The translations under genes were made by a program, and so were the position numbers. Below are positions 1-13,117 of a stretch of 64,000 nucleotides of DNA, in pieces (position 1 is the first letter of the stretch; every line of letters begins with the position of its first letter). Source of the DNA: Cycas panzhihuaensis (Eukaryota > Plantae > Cycadophyta); assembly GCA_023213395.1 (NCBI GenBank), contig CM041465.1, positions 200,391,741 to 200,455,740 of the forward strand, given 5' to 3'. The notes under the pieces are model-generated. The model searched no databases. It was not told the DNA's origin and saw only the letters and a program-made list of their open reading frames with translations.

Positions 1-864
1 ATATATAATTTTTAAGGTTCAATATCATTTGTTGTATATTTTATTGACATAATATATCCCAAGTGGGGAGAAACATGTATAATATATCATACAGGCTTAT
101 TTTAGGCTCTAGAGAGCCTATATTTGTTAACAAATCATTAAAATTCATCATTTGAGAGTCATTCATGTTGTATTTTAGTCACATCTATTTTTTATTCATA
201 TATTAACATTTATTATTGAACTTTTAAGCCTATAAAGACTATTATAATCCCATAGTGGCATGTTGAAGACCATAGAGCCATGTTGTAAACCTATAGTGGC
301 ATGATTTTAGCCCATAGAGGCATGATTTATAACCCATAGAGGTAATTTGAGGCCATAGTATCATTGTAAAGTCTTTAAGCCATTTATTTTTTAACCATTA
401 AATTCAAAGAAGCTACTTATATTATCTTATATAGGCAAGAGGTGGGATCCTTTTTTAGTTACTCTTGCATATTTCTTTGTCAGCTTATTTATTTGGCCAA
501 ATAGGTTGACATGTTCTCAAAGGAAAGCTAACTTGGTATTGATTATACCATGTATACAAAGGAACATACTAGCTAACTAATGGTCATAGTAGCTAGTTAC
601 CCATGTGGTTTGATGGATGAAGTTCTCTTCATATAGACATCAGTAGCAAATTATAACCTTACAATAACTTATGATCCAACATTAATTTGAAAATAAATTT
701 GTATATTTAATGTGACATTTCACTTTATGTAATTATCTATTAAAAGAGGGAAATATTGGGTGTGATATCCAATTATATAATTATCTCCATTCACACTCTC
801 TTTGGATTTATTTAAATTTTATAATTGAGGTCTCTTTGAGTTGTGTGCCACATAGAAATATATG
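1..864 (+). mobile_element. 3' end of copia-type LTR element C0: 3' internal region, PPT (742-753) and first part of 3' LTR (754-864), interrupted by G1
   Basis: Purine tract AAAAGAGGGAAA followed by TATTGGGTGTGATAT (decayed TGTTG...). A similar LTR start TGCTAGGTGTGATAT occurs at 32595. Confidence 0.55.
229..380. repeat. Degenerate ~21-bp tandem repeat (CCATAGAGGCATGTT...), ~7 units
   Basis: ccatagtggcatgttgaaga / ccatagagccatgttgtaaa / cctatagtggcatgattttagc / ccatagaggcatgatttataac etc. Confidence 0.75.
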
Positions 865-3549
865 TGTTTCCTAACTTTTGGGAATGGGATTTGGACAATC
901 AATAGAACAAGCTAAGTGTAGGTATATTTCTATCCCTTTTCATTCTTTATTTGATTTATATTTGAGATGTTGGCATAGATATATACTTGTACATATGCTT
1001 GTTGGTTTGTTCATATCCTGCCTTATATTCTGATGATGATCAAGACGTAAGTCCATGGTTCTAACGTCCACCTATTGGTATTTCTAGGTTGGAAGAGGAG
1101 CTTCCTTTTATCTTATAGCTCATTTACCCCTTTATTACTACTCAATTTTTAGCTTTTTGGCTTCACTTTTACCTTCTTACCCCCTATTTTGATTGATAGA
1201 GGTTTTAGGAATCGATTGCTAGTTAGTTTATAGGATTCTATGAAGTTTTTATTAGTTAAAACTAACTCTATTTTTATACCATAGAATTTTTTATTGTACC
1301 ATAGACTTTTCTATTGTACTATAGATTTATTTATAGTGCCATAGATATATTAATGGTACTAAAGATATATACATAGTACCACAAATATATTTGCAATATG
1401 ACTATTCACTAATCCAAATTTGGGTTTAATGGTGATAATCAACTCTTAATTACTTATTTGTTAGACCTAACACATTATAGTCACCCTAGGTTAGTTTCTA
1501 TCCCCCTTAAGAGGCTAATTAAGTCTTAATAAACTCAATTTTTACTTACTTCTATGCTTGCTTTGCTCATTTCTATGCTTAGTCCCTCAAACCATGAGAA
1601 AATCTCATGGTTTTAAAGGTGGTGGATTTTCCCATATTATGGGATGAAAACCACCACCCTATGGCCTCATTTCTCTCTATAAATCCCCTTATTTTCTAAA
1701 GGATAAAGGAGGATCTTTAAGACTTAGAGAAATACATCATTATACTATCAGAATTCTACCACATATAAGGGATTTAGGAGCTAGTGTCAAGTTATACATT
1801 ATGAGAGCATAATGAAGCCTTGACAAACTATTAAGGAGCCCTTGAAGAAGTAAGTTGTAGTAGCCATTGACCTCCTTTCTTCTAAGGTAAAGGTATATCC
1901 ATCATCCCTTTGTTTAGGAGTTATTTTCTCTCATTTCTTTCATCCACTCTATGCTATGTAAATGTTTTATGATGGTTGTGTGCTTGAGATCTCTTGAAAG
2001 TCCATCTTCCTTTTGTTTGATCAAATTATGTCCCATTTGATCCTTTGTTCTTATTATTGATTGACCTCTTCCAACAAGATATAGGATTTCTTGGGAGGTT
2101 TCCTCAGTACACTTTAGGAAACCATTTATATTTTATGGACGATTTCCATCCTAAGGCACTCCTTTACCTATCATATTATATTCACTTTAGTCTATAGATT
2201 TAAAATCTTTTATGATCAAAGTTTTTTAAATCTTATTTTTTATAAATTGGATGTAAGGTTGAAACATTGGTTATCATGTCATAGTTATCTTTCTTTGATT
2301 TTCCACTAGCTTATATGCAACGGAAGGAAAACATAACTTTCAAGGCCCTTAACCCGGTATGTTTGCTCGAGAGGAGCTACAATCACAACCAACATTGACT
2401 ACATGTTGACAAGGTAAGTTATAATTTCACTTTATTGTGATTTCTTTTTTAATTTTGTGATTTTGCATTCTTTTTTTCCATCATAGGAAAGATTTAACAA
2501 GAGGAAATATTGCTAATTTGTTTTGCAGGTGGGTAAGTATTAGCCTGTTTAATCTACACATCATAAAGATCATTACATATTTATAAGCAAGGAGGCTACA
2601 CTTCTCCAAATGCCCAAAATCTAGGTACATACTTCCACCCTATTCTCTTTCTTGAATTATTTGTTTCCTTTTTTTGTTTAAAAAGAAAATACAAAAAAAA
2701 CAAAAAAGGAAAGGAAGAAAAAAAAAAAGATATTAGTGAATGAAAAGGGACAGTGAAGAAAAGGAGCGATAGTTTACTTGTTTCTGTGGGTTTTCTTATC
2801 CTTCCTTATTTCTTTTCCTCTTCCTTTTCCTAAAACAAAGAAGTAAAAAATAAAAAATAAAATAGAAAAGATAAAAGAGAGAGAAAGTAGGAAGAAAGAA
2901 AGGAGAAGAGAGAGAGAGAGATCTTGATTCATCCATTTCTCTTTTTTTTCATTCTTATACTTTTCGCACCTCCACTCCCCCCCAAAAAAAGAAAACAAAA
3001 GAAACAAAAAAAGAAAAAGATGAAAAGAGGTTGTTTTATTCTCTTTTATTGCATTTCTTCACTGCACACTTATATTACATTAACTCCTTCATAACACAAA
3101 TAAAAGAAAAGAAAGAGAAAAACAAAAACTTAGTTCTTACATTGCATTTTTTGAAAGCCTGAGATAAGGAAAGGATCGCATAGTTATGAATCCTTAAACT
3201 TATGGGGTGGCATCACATTCTTTAGCTAGGGTTGCACCTTGTATTCATAAAAGAAGAGAAACATGTAGGTGCATATGAATGTGAATCTCACTTCCTTTAG
3301 CTTGCCATAGGCCCATTCCATCAAAAGTTGAAATCATTTACATGCATACACGAACACTTGGGTTGCCCTAGTTTAGCCACTCTTGCATCGCTTAAAAGTG
3401 TGATACATATTGCACTTTCATCTAAGAGGTGTATGAGCACCTTGAGTTAGGCCTAAGTTCATCTTCATTCCTCATACTTGCCATCCATGCCCTAGGCTTA
3501 TCTTGTTAGGTTAGTCCTTTATATTCCACCCTTACTTCCTCATGTTTCA
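865..3549 (+). repeat. G1 5' LTR (TGTTTCC...TTTCA)
   Basis: Colinear with 22276-24958 along its whole length, including the 20-bp repeat block and (GA)n tract; roughly 80% identity by eye. Confidence 0.9.
1277..1400. repeat. 20-bp tandem repeat (TACCATAGAT...) inside G1 LTR; second copy at ~22688-22810
   Basis: 6-7 units such as taccatagacttttctattg, tactatagatttatttatag, tgccatagatatattaatgg, present in both LTRs. Confidence 0.8.
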
Positions 3550-3550
3550 C

Positions 3551-3568
3551 TTGCAACAATACCAGTGA
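3551..3568 (+). promoter_or_regulatory. Degenerate primer-binding site of G1 (TGGCG-type, non-Met tRNA)
   Basis: TTGCAACAATACCAGTGA lies 1 nt after the LTR end and matches the G2 PBS TAGCAACCATACTAGGGA at 14/18. Confidence 0.6.
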
Positions 3569-4523
3569 CTTACTGTTGGAAGCTCCTTAGTATAATCTAG
3601 GCTCTTCCCTTTCTTTCTTCTCACTCTTTCCTTTAAGGTAATCTTCTCTAATTTGTGTAAGAATCTTTTGATTCTCTTACCTTATTTACTTGATTCTTTA
3701 GGTAATCTAAAAACTCATGAATGCACTATATATCATGCTATTACCCCCTTTAGAAATTCCATCCATATACACCCCCATTGAATCAAGTGACCAAGAGTCA
3801 CCAATGGAGGGATATCCTATTGATTGGGCCCATGACCCATATGCACAAGAGTGGCCTCAATCAGAGGTCCCTTATCCTTGTAAAGATCCTACTCATGCTA
3901 GTGGTGATTCCTTTTATCAAATCTAACATCAAAATGAACCTGACCCTATGGTCCCTCATTCTTATCTGCTCAAAGGGCTCTATACTCATAATTATGCCTC
4001 ATACCCTAAGTATATATTAAACCCATACTCCAGTCACCTCAGTTAAGGTGGAGAGCCATTGGAATCCTAAGACCTAAACCATACTCCCCCTAGGGATGTA
4101 GTTGAAGCACTAAGGGAATGATTCAAAGCCCTTACTAGTTAACCTCCTCCTAAATGGCTATAGTATTTCTTTCTAAGCTCTTCATTAGCCACTTCCACTA
4201 CTCCCTCACCTTTGTATATTCAACTACCATCATCTAGCTCATTTGATGCTACCACTATCACACCCTTACCTACAAGTGTATCAGTGGAGGATGAGCCTGT
4301 ATAAGGTGCACAAGCCTCACAAGAAGAGGTAAATGCACCCTCTTTTCACACTCCTATTCCCCCACCGACTACCTTTTATTTGCCTCCTATACCCACCATG
4401 CCCCCATACCTATGTTATCTAAAGTAAGGAGGCTTATCTCCTACTCATCCATGTCTATACTTGGTAGACCCACCCTTATATGTTCCTCTAGGTATACATC
4501 ATAACCTTGGGGGAATAGCAGTG

Positions 4524-5143
4524 TGAAAAGAGGGTGCCTCAAAATTTTGGCATGTTGTTTCTATTTATAGGAATCAAAACTGAAATTTAATATGCAAGTT
4601 CTTAAACTAGAGATAATATAATAAAATGAATAAGAAAGCTAAGCATCACATATACACCTGATATAACATGGTAAAACCCTAGCAGTATGCTATGGAAACA
4701 TCCACATAGGAAAGGTATCGATCTTTTTATTATCAAAGAATGGAGAAATATACCCAATATATAGCAGAATGCTTGTAACAACAACAACCAGTTGTCTAAC
4801 TCCTCACAGTACATCCAATACATTGAACACCATCAACATAATAAAAAAATACCCTAAATTGGGCTATATGAGAGAGTCATACACAAATCTCGACCATAGA
4901 ATCTAGGGTATTTTTAGTGAATGACCCTAATTATCTTTACAATTTAGTATGCTTTTTAATCCTAGCTTTTTTGGTCAGGGGCTATCACCCCTTAACCCCT
5001 TCTTTGTAGGGGGCGTTCCAACCCCCCTATACCCCCCTGGCCAAAGGGGGCTCCTATCGCCCTTAGAACTCCCTCATGAAAGTTTGGGGGGGGAACTACA
5101 CTGCCAACCTGTCAAAATTTTAGCCTCCAAAATTTTGGTAGCA
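4524..5143 (-). repeat. Inverted LTR copy (TG...CA) abutting the C1 5' LTR
   Basis: Reverse complement of 4565-5100 aligns to 5144-5678 and to the 3' LTR; it has a different terminal ~40 bp. Confidence 0.85.
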
Positions 5144-5742
5144 TAGTTTCCCCCCTAAACTTTTGTGAGGGGGTTCCAAGGGCAACGGGAGCCCCCCTTG
5201 GTTGAGGGCATGTGGGGGGGTTGGAATGCCCCCCATAAAGAGGGGCTTCGAGGGCGATAGCCCTTGGCCAAAAAAGCTAAGACTGAAAAGCATACTAAAT
5301 TGTAAAGAGAATTAGGGCTGTTCACTAAAAATACCCTAGATTCTATGGTCGATATTTATGTATGACTCTCTCATATAGCCTGACTTAGGGTGTTTTTTCA
5401 TTATGTTGATGGAATTCAATGTATTGGATATACTGTGAGGAGTTGGACAACTGGTTGTTGTTGTTGTAAGTATTCTACTACATATTGTGTACATTTCTCC
5501 ATTCTTTGAAAATAAAAAGATTGATACCTTTCCTATGTGAATGTTTCCCTAGCACACTGCTAGGGTTTTACCACGTTATATCAGGTGTATATGTGATGCT
5601 TAGTTTTCTTATTCATTTTATTGTATTATCTCTAGTTTAAGAACTTGCATGTTAAATTTCAGTTTTGATTCCTATAACTATTTGCAAAATAGTTTAGATC
5701 TTGGTGGCAATTTTAGGATATTGGGACCTTGTCTTCTCAGTA
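5144..5742 (+). repeat. C1 5' LTR (first ~55 bp missing)
   Basis: Aligns to ~9816-10416; followed by PBS. Confidence 0.85.
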
Positions 5743-5744
5743 AG

Positions 5745-5757
5745 TGGTATTAGAGCC
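5745..5757 (+). promoter_or_regulatory. PBS, tRNA-iMet type
   Basis: TGGTATTAGAGCC vs canonical TGGTATCAGAGC. Confidence 0.85.
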
Positions 5758-5823
5758 ACTTTTACTTTTGCAGTCAGTTTATGAAAGTTTTAGTGTCAAT
5801 TTTTTCTACACTAAATAGAGAAA

Positions 5824-8800
5824 ATGGTGAATAAAAAGTTCAAGGTGGAGAAATTCAATGGCAAGAATAACTTCAAGTTGTGGAAGTTGAAAGCATATTG
5901 TGTTCTAGTACAACAAGGTTTGTACAGAGCTCTTGCAGGGAAATCAAAGAAACTCACAGGGATGGACGATGATGAATGGGATGATCTAGACAAAAGGGAT
6001 CTAAGTACAATACGATTGTGCTTAGTGGATGAAGTTTTATTTAACATCACAGAAGAGCAGACAACAACAAGATTATGGACTTGGTTGGAAGGATTGTATA
6101 TGACCAAATCAGTGATGAATTGAATCTACTTGAAGATGCAACTGTACTCATTACGAATGAAGGAAGGTATAAAAATTACTGAACATTTAAATATTTTTAA
6201 TACTCTTATTTGTCAGTTGGCTAACATCAATGTCATAATTGAGGATGAGGATAAGGTTGTTACTTTATTATGTTCATTACCAGAATCCTGGGATAATATT
6301 GTCACCTCAATTAGTTTTAGCACTACAGATGAATTAGACTATGATTCTATTATGAGTGCTTTGTTGATGGAAGAAGTGAGGAGGAAGTCTAGTCTTGATA
6401 CCTCCATACAGAAAGCTATTACAACAAGAGGTAGAACAATTGAGAGAGGACAAAGCTCTAGGGATACATTGAGGTTAAAGTCAAAAGGCAAGAAGAGTAA
6501 GCTCAGATGTTGGCACTGTAATAAGACAGGTCACCTCAAGAAGGATTGTTACAAAAGGAAGGAGTTCCAGGAAAAGGAAGATCCTACCAAGGAGGCTAAT
6601 CAGGTGGAGTTAAATTAAGGTACAGATGATGATATCTTGGTTGCTTGTAATGTTTCCCATTATCACCATAATTGGTTATTAGATTCGGGTACTTCACACC
6701 ACATGTGTCCATACAAGAGTTGGTTCTTATCATACCAACCTCTTGAAGGTGGTGATGTGCTTATGGAAAATAAAGTTTCTTATAAGATAGTGGGCATTAG
6801 TAGCATCAGAATTAAAATGTTTGATGGTGTAGTGAGAATATTAACTAAATTTGATTTCTTTAGGTGAACTAGATTCTGGTGGTTATAAGTACATAGGTCA
6901 TGAAGGAGTCTTAAAGGTGTCAAAGGGTGCCTTGGTTGTTATGAAAGCCTTAAAGAAAGGAAATCTTTACATTTTAGTGGGAAGTATAGATGTTAGCCAT
7001 GCATCTATAGCATCAAAGACTGCAGAAGATCCAACTCAATTATGGCATCAAAGACTTGGACATATGAATGAGAGAGGACTTAAGGTACTGATGAACCGTA
7101 AGTTACTTTCTAACTTACAACCTTCAAATTTATCTTTTTTATAAATATTGTATTTTATAAAGCAATGTAACTCAAATTTAAAGTAGGGAGTCACACTAGT
7201 AAAGGTATTTTGGATTATATACATTTAGATGTATGGGGACCAACTCTTATAATATCTTATGGAGGATCATTGTACTTTGTTACATTTATAGATGATTACT
7301 CCATAAAGGCATGGGTTTATTTCTTGAAGAGGAAATTTGAAGTTTTTAGTGTGTTTAAGCAATTTAAGGCTGTAGTTGAGAAGAGCACTGGTAAGTCAAT
7401 CAAATGTTTAAGAACTGACAATAGAGGTGAGTTCAACTCCTTGGAGTTTAAGAACTATTACAGAGAAGCTGGGATCGAAAGGTATAAGACCACTAGCTAT
7501 ACTCCACAAAAAAATGGCATAGATAAGCACATGAATAGGACACTCTTGGAAAGAGCAAGAAGCATGCTAAGAAATGTAGGAGTAGAGCAGGGCTTATGGG
7601 CAGAAGCTGTTTAAACAACTTGTTATTTGGTAAACAAGTTACCATCACTTGCAATAGATTATAAGATTCCTGAAGAGGTATGGACTAGATATTCATGTGA
7701 CTATTCAGATTTGAAAGTTTTTTGTTGTGATGCTTATGCCTTGACTAATAAAAGTCAATGTTCAAAGTTAGACCCAAAATCAAAGAGATGTATCTTTGAT
7801 GGTTATGGTGATAGAGATGGTGTGAAGGGATATAGGTTGTGGGATCCTACTGGCTACAAAATCACTATTAACAAATATTTTGTATTTGATGAATCTCTCT
7901 TTCTAAAATCAAACAGTGTAGAAGTTGAAATGAAACAAGAGAAAAATATTGAACATCAACAAGTCAAGCTTAGACCCATCCATCTTTGGAAATAGAAGAG
8001 TAGGAAGACATTTCTGAAGATGAGTCTATAGCAGATTTACAGGAGTATGTGGATACTCCTCCACCAACTGCTAGAAGATCTACAAGAGTCAGTCATCTGC
8101 CTGATAGGTACAACCCTTCTATTTCTATTGCTTTGGTTTCTAATGATGGTGGGCCTACATGCTATCAGGAAGTAGTAGATGATATCCATAGTGAGAAGTG
8201 GAAGAGGGCTATGTAGGAAGAGATAGTTTCTTTGAAGAAAAATAATTCTTGGGACTTGGTAGAACTTCCACATGGCAGGAAGATTATTGGTTGCAGGTGG
8301 GTTTTCAAGAAGAAAATAGATGTTGATGAAAAGATTGAAAAATACAGGGCAAGACTAGTGGCTAAAGGCTTTGCACAAAAAGTAGCTATGATTTTCATGA
8401 GATCTTTTCACTAGTTGTCAAACTTGTTTCAATTTGAGTTCTATTAACATTGGTAGCTTCTCTTGATTTGGAGTTGGAGAAGTTAGATGTAAAAATTTCT
8501 TTTCTACATGAAGATTTAGGTGAGGAGATCTATATGGATTAGCTAGAAGGGTTTGCATAGGATGGCAGGAAAAGACTTGTTTGCAGGCTTAGGAAATCAT
8601 TGTATAGCCTGAAACAATCACCCAAGCAATGATACAAGAAGTTTGATGCCTTCATGGAGAGCCAAAATTTTAAAATAAGTGAGTATGATTATTGTGTTTA
8701 CTTTAAATTCTTGGACAATGGCTTATTTATTATCTTGGTATTGTATATTGATGACATGTTGGTTGCAAGTAAGAGCATGGCAAAAATTAATAAGTTAGAG

Positions 8801-9700
8801 GCTTAATTGGCTAGGACTTTTCATATAAAGGATCTAGGAGCTGTAAACCAAATCTTAGATATGGAGATACATAGAGACAAGAAAAATTGTAAGCTATGGT
8901 TATCACAACAGAAATATATAGAGAAGGTGCTAACCAGGTTTAGTATGGCAAATGTGAAACTAGTGAGTATCCTGTTAGCTTCCCATTTCAATCTTTCTTC
9001 AAGTATGAGTCCTAGTAATGAAGAAGAAAAGGATCATATATCTCATGTGCCTTATACTAGTGCAGTAGGAAATTTGATGTATACCATGGTTTATACAAGA
9101 CCTGACATTTCACATGTAGTCAGTGTAGTTAGCAGGTTTATGGTAAATCTAAGAAAAGAACATTGGGCAGTAGTGAAATGGGTGTTTCGGTATTTGAGAG
9201 GCACAAGTGACTATTGCATCACCTTTGGAGGTATAAGTAATCAAGTTTATGGATATGTTGATTCAGACTTTGTAGGAGATTTAGATAAGAGAAGGTCAAG
9301 TTCAGGTTATGTATTCACTCTTACAAATGGTCTAGTTAGTTGGATGTCAAAATTATAGAGAACAATTACATTATCAACTACAGAAGCTGAATATGTTGCA
9401 GCAACATATGCTTGTAAAGAAGTAATCTGGTTATAAAGTCTATTGGTTAAGCTTAGAAGGAAACAGGAAAAGGTAAAGGTATTTTGTGACAGTCAAAGTG
9501 TCATTTACTCAGTAAAGAATCTAGCTTATCATAGTAGGACAAAGCATATTACTCTTAAGTACCATTTTGTTAGATATGTTGTAGAAGCAGGTGGAGTAGC
9601 ACTTGAGAAGGCTAACACAAAACATAATTGTGTTGATATATTCATAAAACTAGTACTATTAGATAAGCTCAAATGGTGTTTGACTTCTCTTAGCTTTTAG
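5824..9700 (+). pseudogene. C1 copia gag-pol polyprotein, broken by stops and frameshifts
   Basis: KFNGKNNFKLW gag start; zinc knuckle CWHCNKTGHLKKDC; protease WLLDSGTSHHM; LWHQRLGHMN; integrase HLDVWGP..FIDDYS..LRTDNRGEF; RT YRARLVAKGF and LYIDDML; RNase H YVDSDFVGDLDKRRS, TKHI. Confidence 0.95.
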
Positions 9701-9757
9701 AAAAGGTGATGAATGGTCTAGGAAAGGTATTAGGTAAATTATTATCAAGGTGGAGAT

Positions 9758-10416
9758 TGTTCGATAATATGACAACAATATTTTGGAGGCTAAAATTTTG
9801 ACAAGTTGGAAGTACAGTTTCCTCCCCAAACTTCCATGTAGGGTTCCAAGGGGGACGAGAGCCCCCCTTGGCTAGGGGGTATGGGAGGGTTGGAATACCC
9901 CCTGTAAAAAGGGGGTTCAGGGGTGATAGCCCCCGACCTAAAAAGCTAGCACTAAAAAGCATACTAAATTATAAAGAGAATCAGGGTCGTTCGTAAAAAA
10001 TACCCTAGACTCTATGGTCAAGATTTGTTCCTTATATGACTCTCTCATATAGCCCAATTTAGGGTGTTTTTTCATTATGTTAATGGTGTTTGATGTATTG
10101 AATATACTGTGAGGAGTTGGGTGGCTAGTTGTTGTCTCTATGAGAATTTTACTACATATTGTATATATCTCTTCATTCTTTGATAATAAAAAGATCGATA
10201 CATTTCCTGTGTGGATGTTTTCCTAGCACACTGCTAGGGTTTTACCATGTTATATTGGGTGTATATGTTATGCTTGGATTTCTTATTCATTTTATTGTAT
10301 TATCTCTAGTTTAAGAACTTGCATGTTAAATTTCAATTTTGATTCCTATAACTAGTTGCAAAATAGTTTAGATCTTGGTGGCAGTTTTAGGTTATTGGGA
10401 CCTTGTCTTCTTAATA
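9758..10416 (+). repeat. C1 3' LTR, preceded by PPT AAGGTGGAGAT (9747-9757)
   Basis: Begins TGTT directly after the PPT; homologous to 5144-5742. Confidence 0.9.
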
Positions 10417-10759
10417 GGGGGGTCATTTGGGAAAAACTATTTGCCCTACCTTCTTCTTAACTAGTCCTATCACTTTCACATGGGATTTGTTGAAAACTAA
10501 CATTCATAAGAAATAATATTCACAAATAGAAACAAACCACCTTAGGATCAAACGGTACCTTTAAGGTACCTCAAATTATATTAACAGCAACAAAATATAT
10601 TTACAACAGATACTTCATATTATACACTATATGTGTATTTATAATATATGATATGATAGTGTATATAGGATCCACTTGTATGTGGGACATAACAAATGTG
10701 CATTACTAATATTCCAACACTCCCTCTTAATGCACATTTGGGTCATTTGTATTTATAAT

Positions 10760-11904
10760 GCCTTGTCCTTTGAAATGTTTTAAAGATGATGGTCTTCAGC
10801 TTTATCCTTGTCTTCAATCTTATAGTAATGCCTTTGCTATAGAATGATATCTTCAACTTGATTTTTGTTTTCAATTCTATACTGATGCCTTTGTAGGATG
10901 ATGTTATCAACTTGATTTTCATCTTTAATCTTGTAATGATGTCTTTATTGTAGCAGCTCTAGTAAGTGCAAATATTGATTCTTCATCAAGCTTGGTCTTA
11001 GCCGATTTTGATGTATATCCTATACGTGACTATCTTCAAATACAACTTGTTTATTATCACTATCCTGTATAAATTCTTCATCACCATATACAATATTAAC
11101 CTTTAGATCAGAATCTTCATCGACTTGTATACTCCTTGAACTTGAATCAATACTCAAAGTAGAAACATCATTTAGACTTGAATCAATACAAGACTTGTCT
11201 TCCATAGGACCATCAGATTTATATTCAATTTCCCTTGAAATAATAATGTCATCTAAGTAAACCTTTAGTGATTCATCACTCTCATTGTATTAAAAAATAG
11301 TTATAGTCTCATCAATACATTCAACCATATTCTCTTTACATTTAGTAGAAATTTCATCAATACTCATGCATTCTTCATCTTGACATATCATTTCATCAGT
11401 GTAGATAATACTCTCTTCATTCATTTTACCTATATCATAACCATCATTGATCTTATTTGCCTTTTAAATCATTCATTGTATCTCTTCAGGAGTTTGTTCA
11501 AATACATCATTTAAAAAATCTTAAACTTCCTTAGCAGTACTTACATGTTGAATCTTAGGAATGACAAAATAATATGCAGAAGGAAGATCAACCTTATCTA
11601 ATATAGCAAGAATCATGATAAACACTTGTTTATCTTTCTTCTTAAGTTTTTTCCTCTCTTCTTCATCCTTAAGAATATCATATCAATTAGTAACAAGTTT
11701 CCATAAACCTTTAGCTATGAAAAAACATCTCATTTTAATTGTCCAAAAGAAATAGTTTACTCCATTACACTTAGGTATCAGAAGAAGCGAATCCCTTAAG
11801 TAATATTCATTTGTCTCATGAACATATATGACCACATCATTCTCCTCCATAATTGAAAGTATACCTCTAAATAACATGTCCATTTTTTCAATCAATAAAC
11901 TCAC
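10760..11904 (-). pseudogene. T1 copia-type gag N-terminal region fused to an acidic, repetitive C-terminal extension (decayed)
   Basis: PKCNGVNYFFWTIKMRCFFIAKGLWKLV resembles the copia gag N-terminus; downstream D/E-rich fragment at 11020-11205; homologous to 59760-60851. Confidence 0.7.
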
Positions 11905-12968
11905 CTAACATAGGTAACTTGCCCATTAATCATACTCAATAAACTCTCTCATATCTCATGTCCCTCATATCACTGACTTCATTATCATATCATCACCTTA
12001 TCCATTTCTCATATCGCCAAATTGCCATATAGTATCTAAAACACTCACTTCACCAAATCAATGCCTCATAAATCTCACAATGATCATACATGCCACATGT
12101 TGCCATTAAATTGACAAGATACACCACACTTCACTCAATTACCCAAAACATGACTCATGCCATAAACATTACCAATTAATGAACAAACCACACATGTATA
12201 AATTGAGTAATGATCTATACTATTCAACAAAGCTTGTTTACTTTCTTGTAGCTCAAGTATCTCCATGAGATAGCTTGACCTCCTATTCAAATAGGTAACA
12301 TGTCATCTCTTCTCGCCTATAAGAAAACTCCCTCATGTAAAAGCACACTCTAAAGAGCACCACATTACTTTATGTCACCCACCTGCCCATTAATTCTCTC
12401 ACTCCTTCTCATATATAAAAGAGTGTACCATTGCCACAAAGTCACTCTACTTTTCCATTCAAATAGAACTTTAAATCCACCATTATCTCAATTTTCCTCA
12501 ATAAATCTATGCCACTTATAACAATATGCCCACTTGAAATAAGCCCCTACTTAATCAAACAAAGTAAACCATAACAACTTTATCCATAATCCCTTATCAC
12601 ATCCATATATCAATGACAAATTAACTTGATAATCATAATGTAGAGGCTAATCAATACAACTCAAATAGATACTTCAAAAAGGTAACTTTCATGAAATATA
12701 GGCAATCCACTTTGATTAAGTTAATCTTAAAGGATGATCCAATATGTATTGAATGGGAAATTTAATACCTCAAAATATGAATTTACAAAAATTATCATAT
12801 GGCTAAAATATATATCTAAATATATAACAAAGTGTATTAATAAACACGCAACCATTCATGGGCAATAAAATAAAAAGATGCAGGGCAAATACAGTAATGC
12901 ACATGTGATTCAAGATGGCACAATGTATTTAACATACATGGCTACAAACAATTATTATCATAGAGGGC

Positions 12969-13117
<149 letters not shown>

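Larger units (their letters stand above)
4514..10416 (+). mobile_element. C1: Ty1/copia retrotransposon (Tnt1/Tork-like), full length but decayed, nested in G1
   Basis: LTR-PBS(Met)-gag-PR-INT-RT-RH-PPT-LTR order; possible TSD GGGGG (4509-4513 / 10417-10421). Confidence 0.9.

Noticed and set aside
860-864. Target-site duplications for G1 (ATATG/GTTTA) and T1 (GGATT/ATTTT)
   Set aside because: The flanks do not match well enough to call.
1030-1060. CTGATGA hammerhead-core-like motif (also at 54472)
   Set aside because: No correctly placed GAAA box or flanking helices, and it is not conserved in the other G1 LTR.
2774-3007. Hydrophobic ORF with a paralogue at 24179-24394
   Set aside because: Antisense reading of A/G-rich low-complexity LTR sequence; the duplication is explained by the LTR pair.
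4949-5146. Similar short ORFs at 4949 (+) and 9690-9962 (-)
   Set aside because: Both are readings of the same LTR sequence in inverted copies, with no protein-family features.
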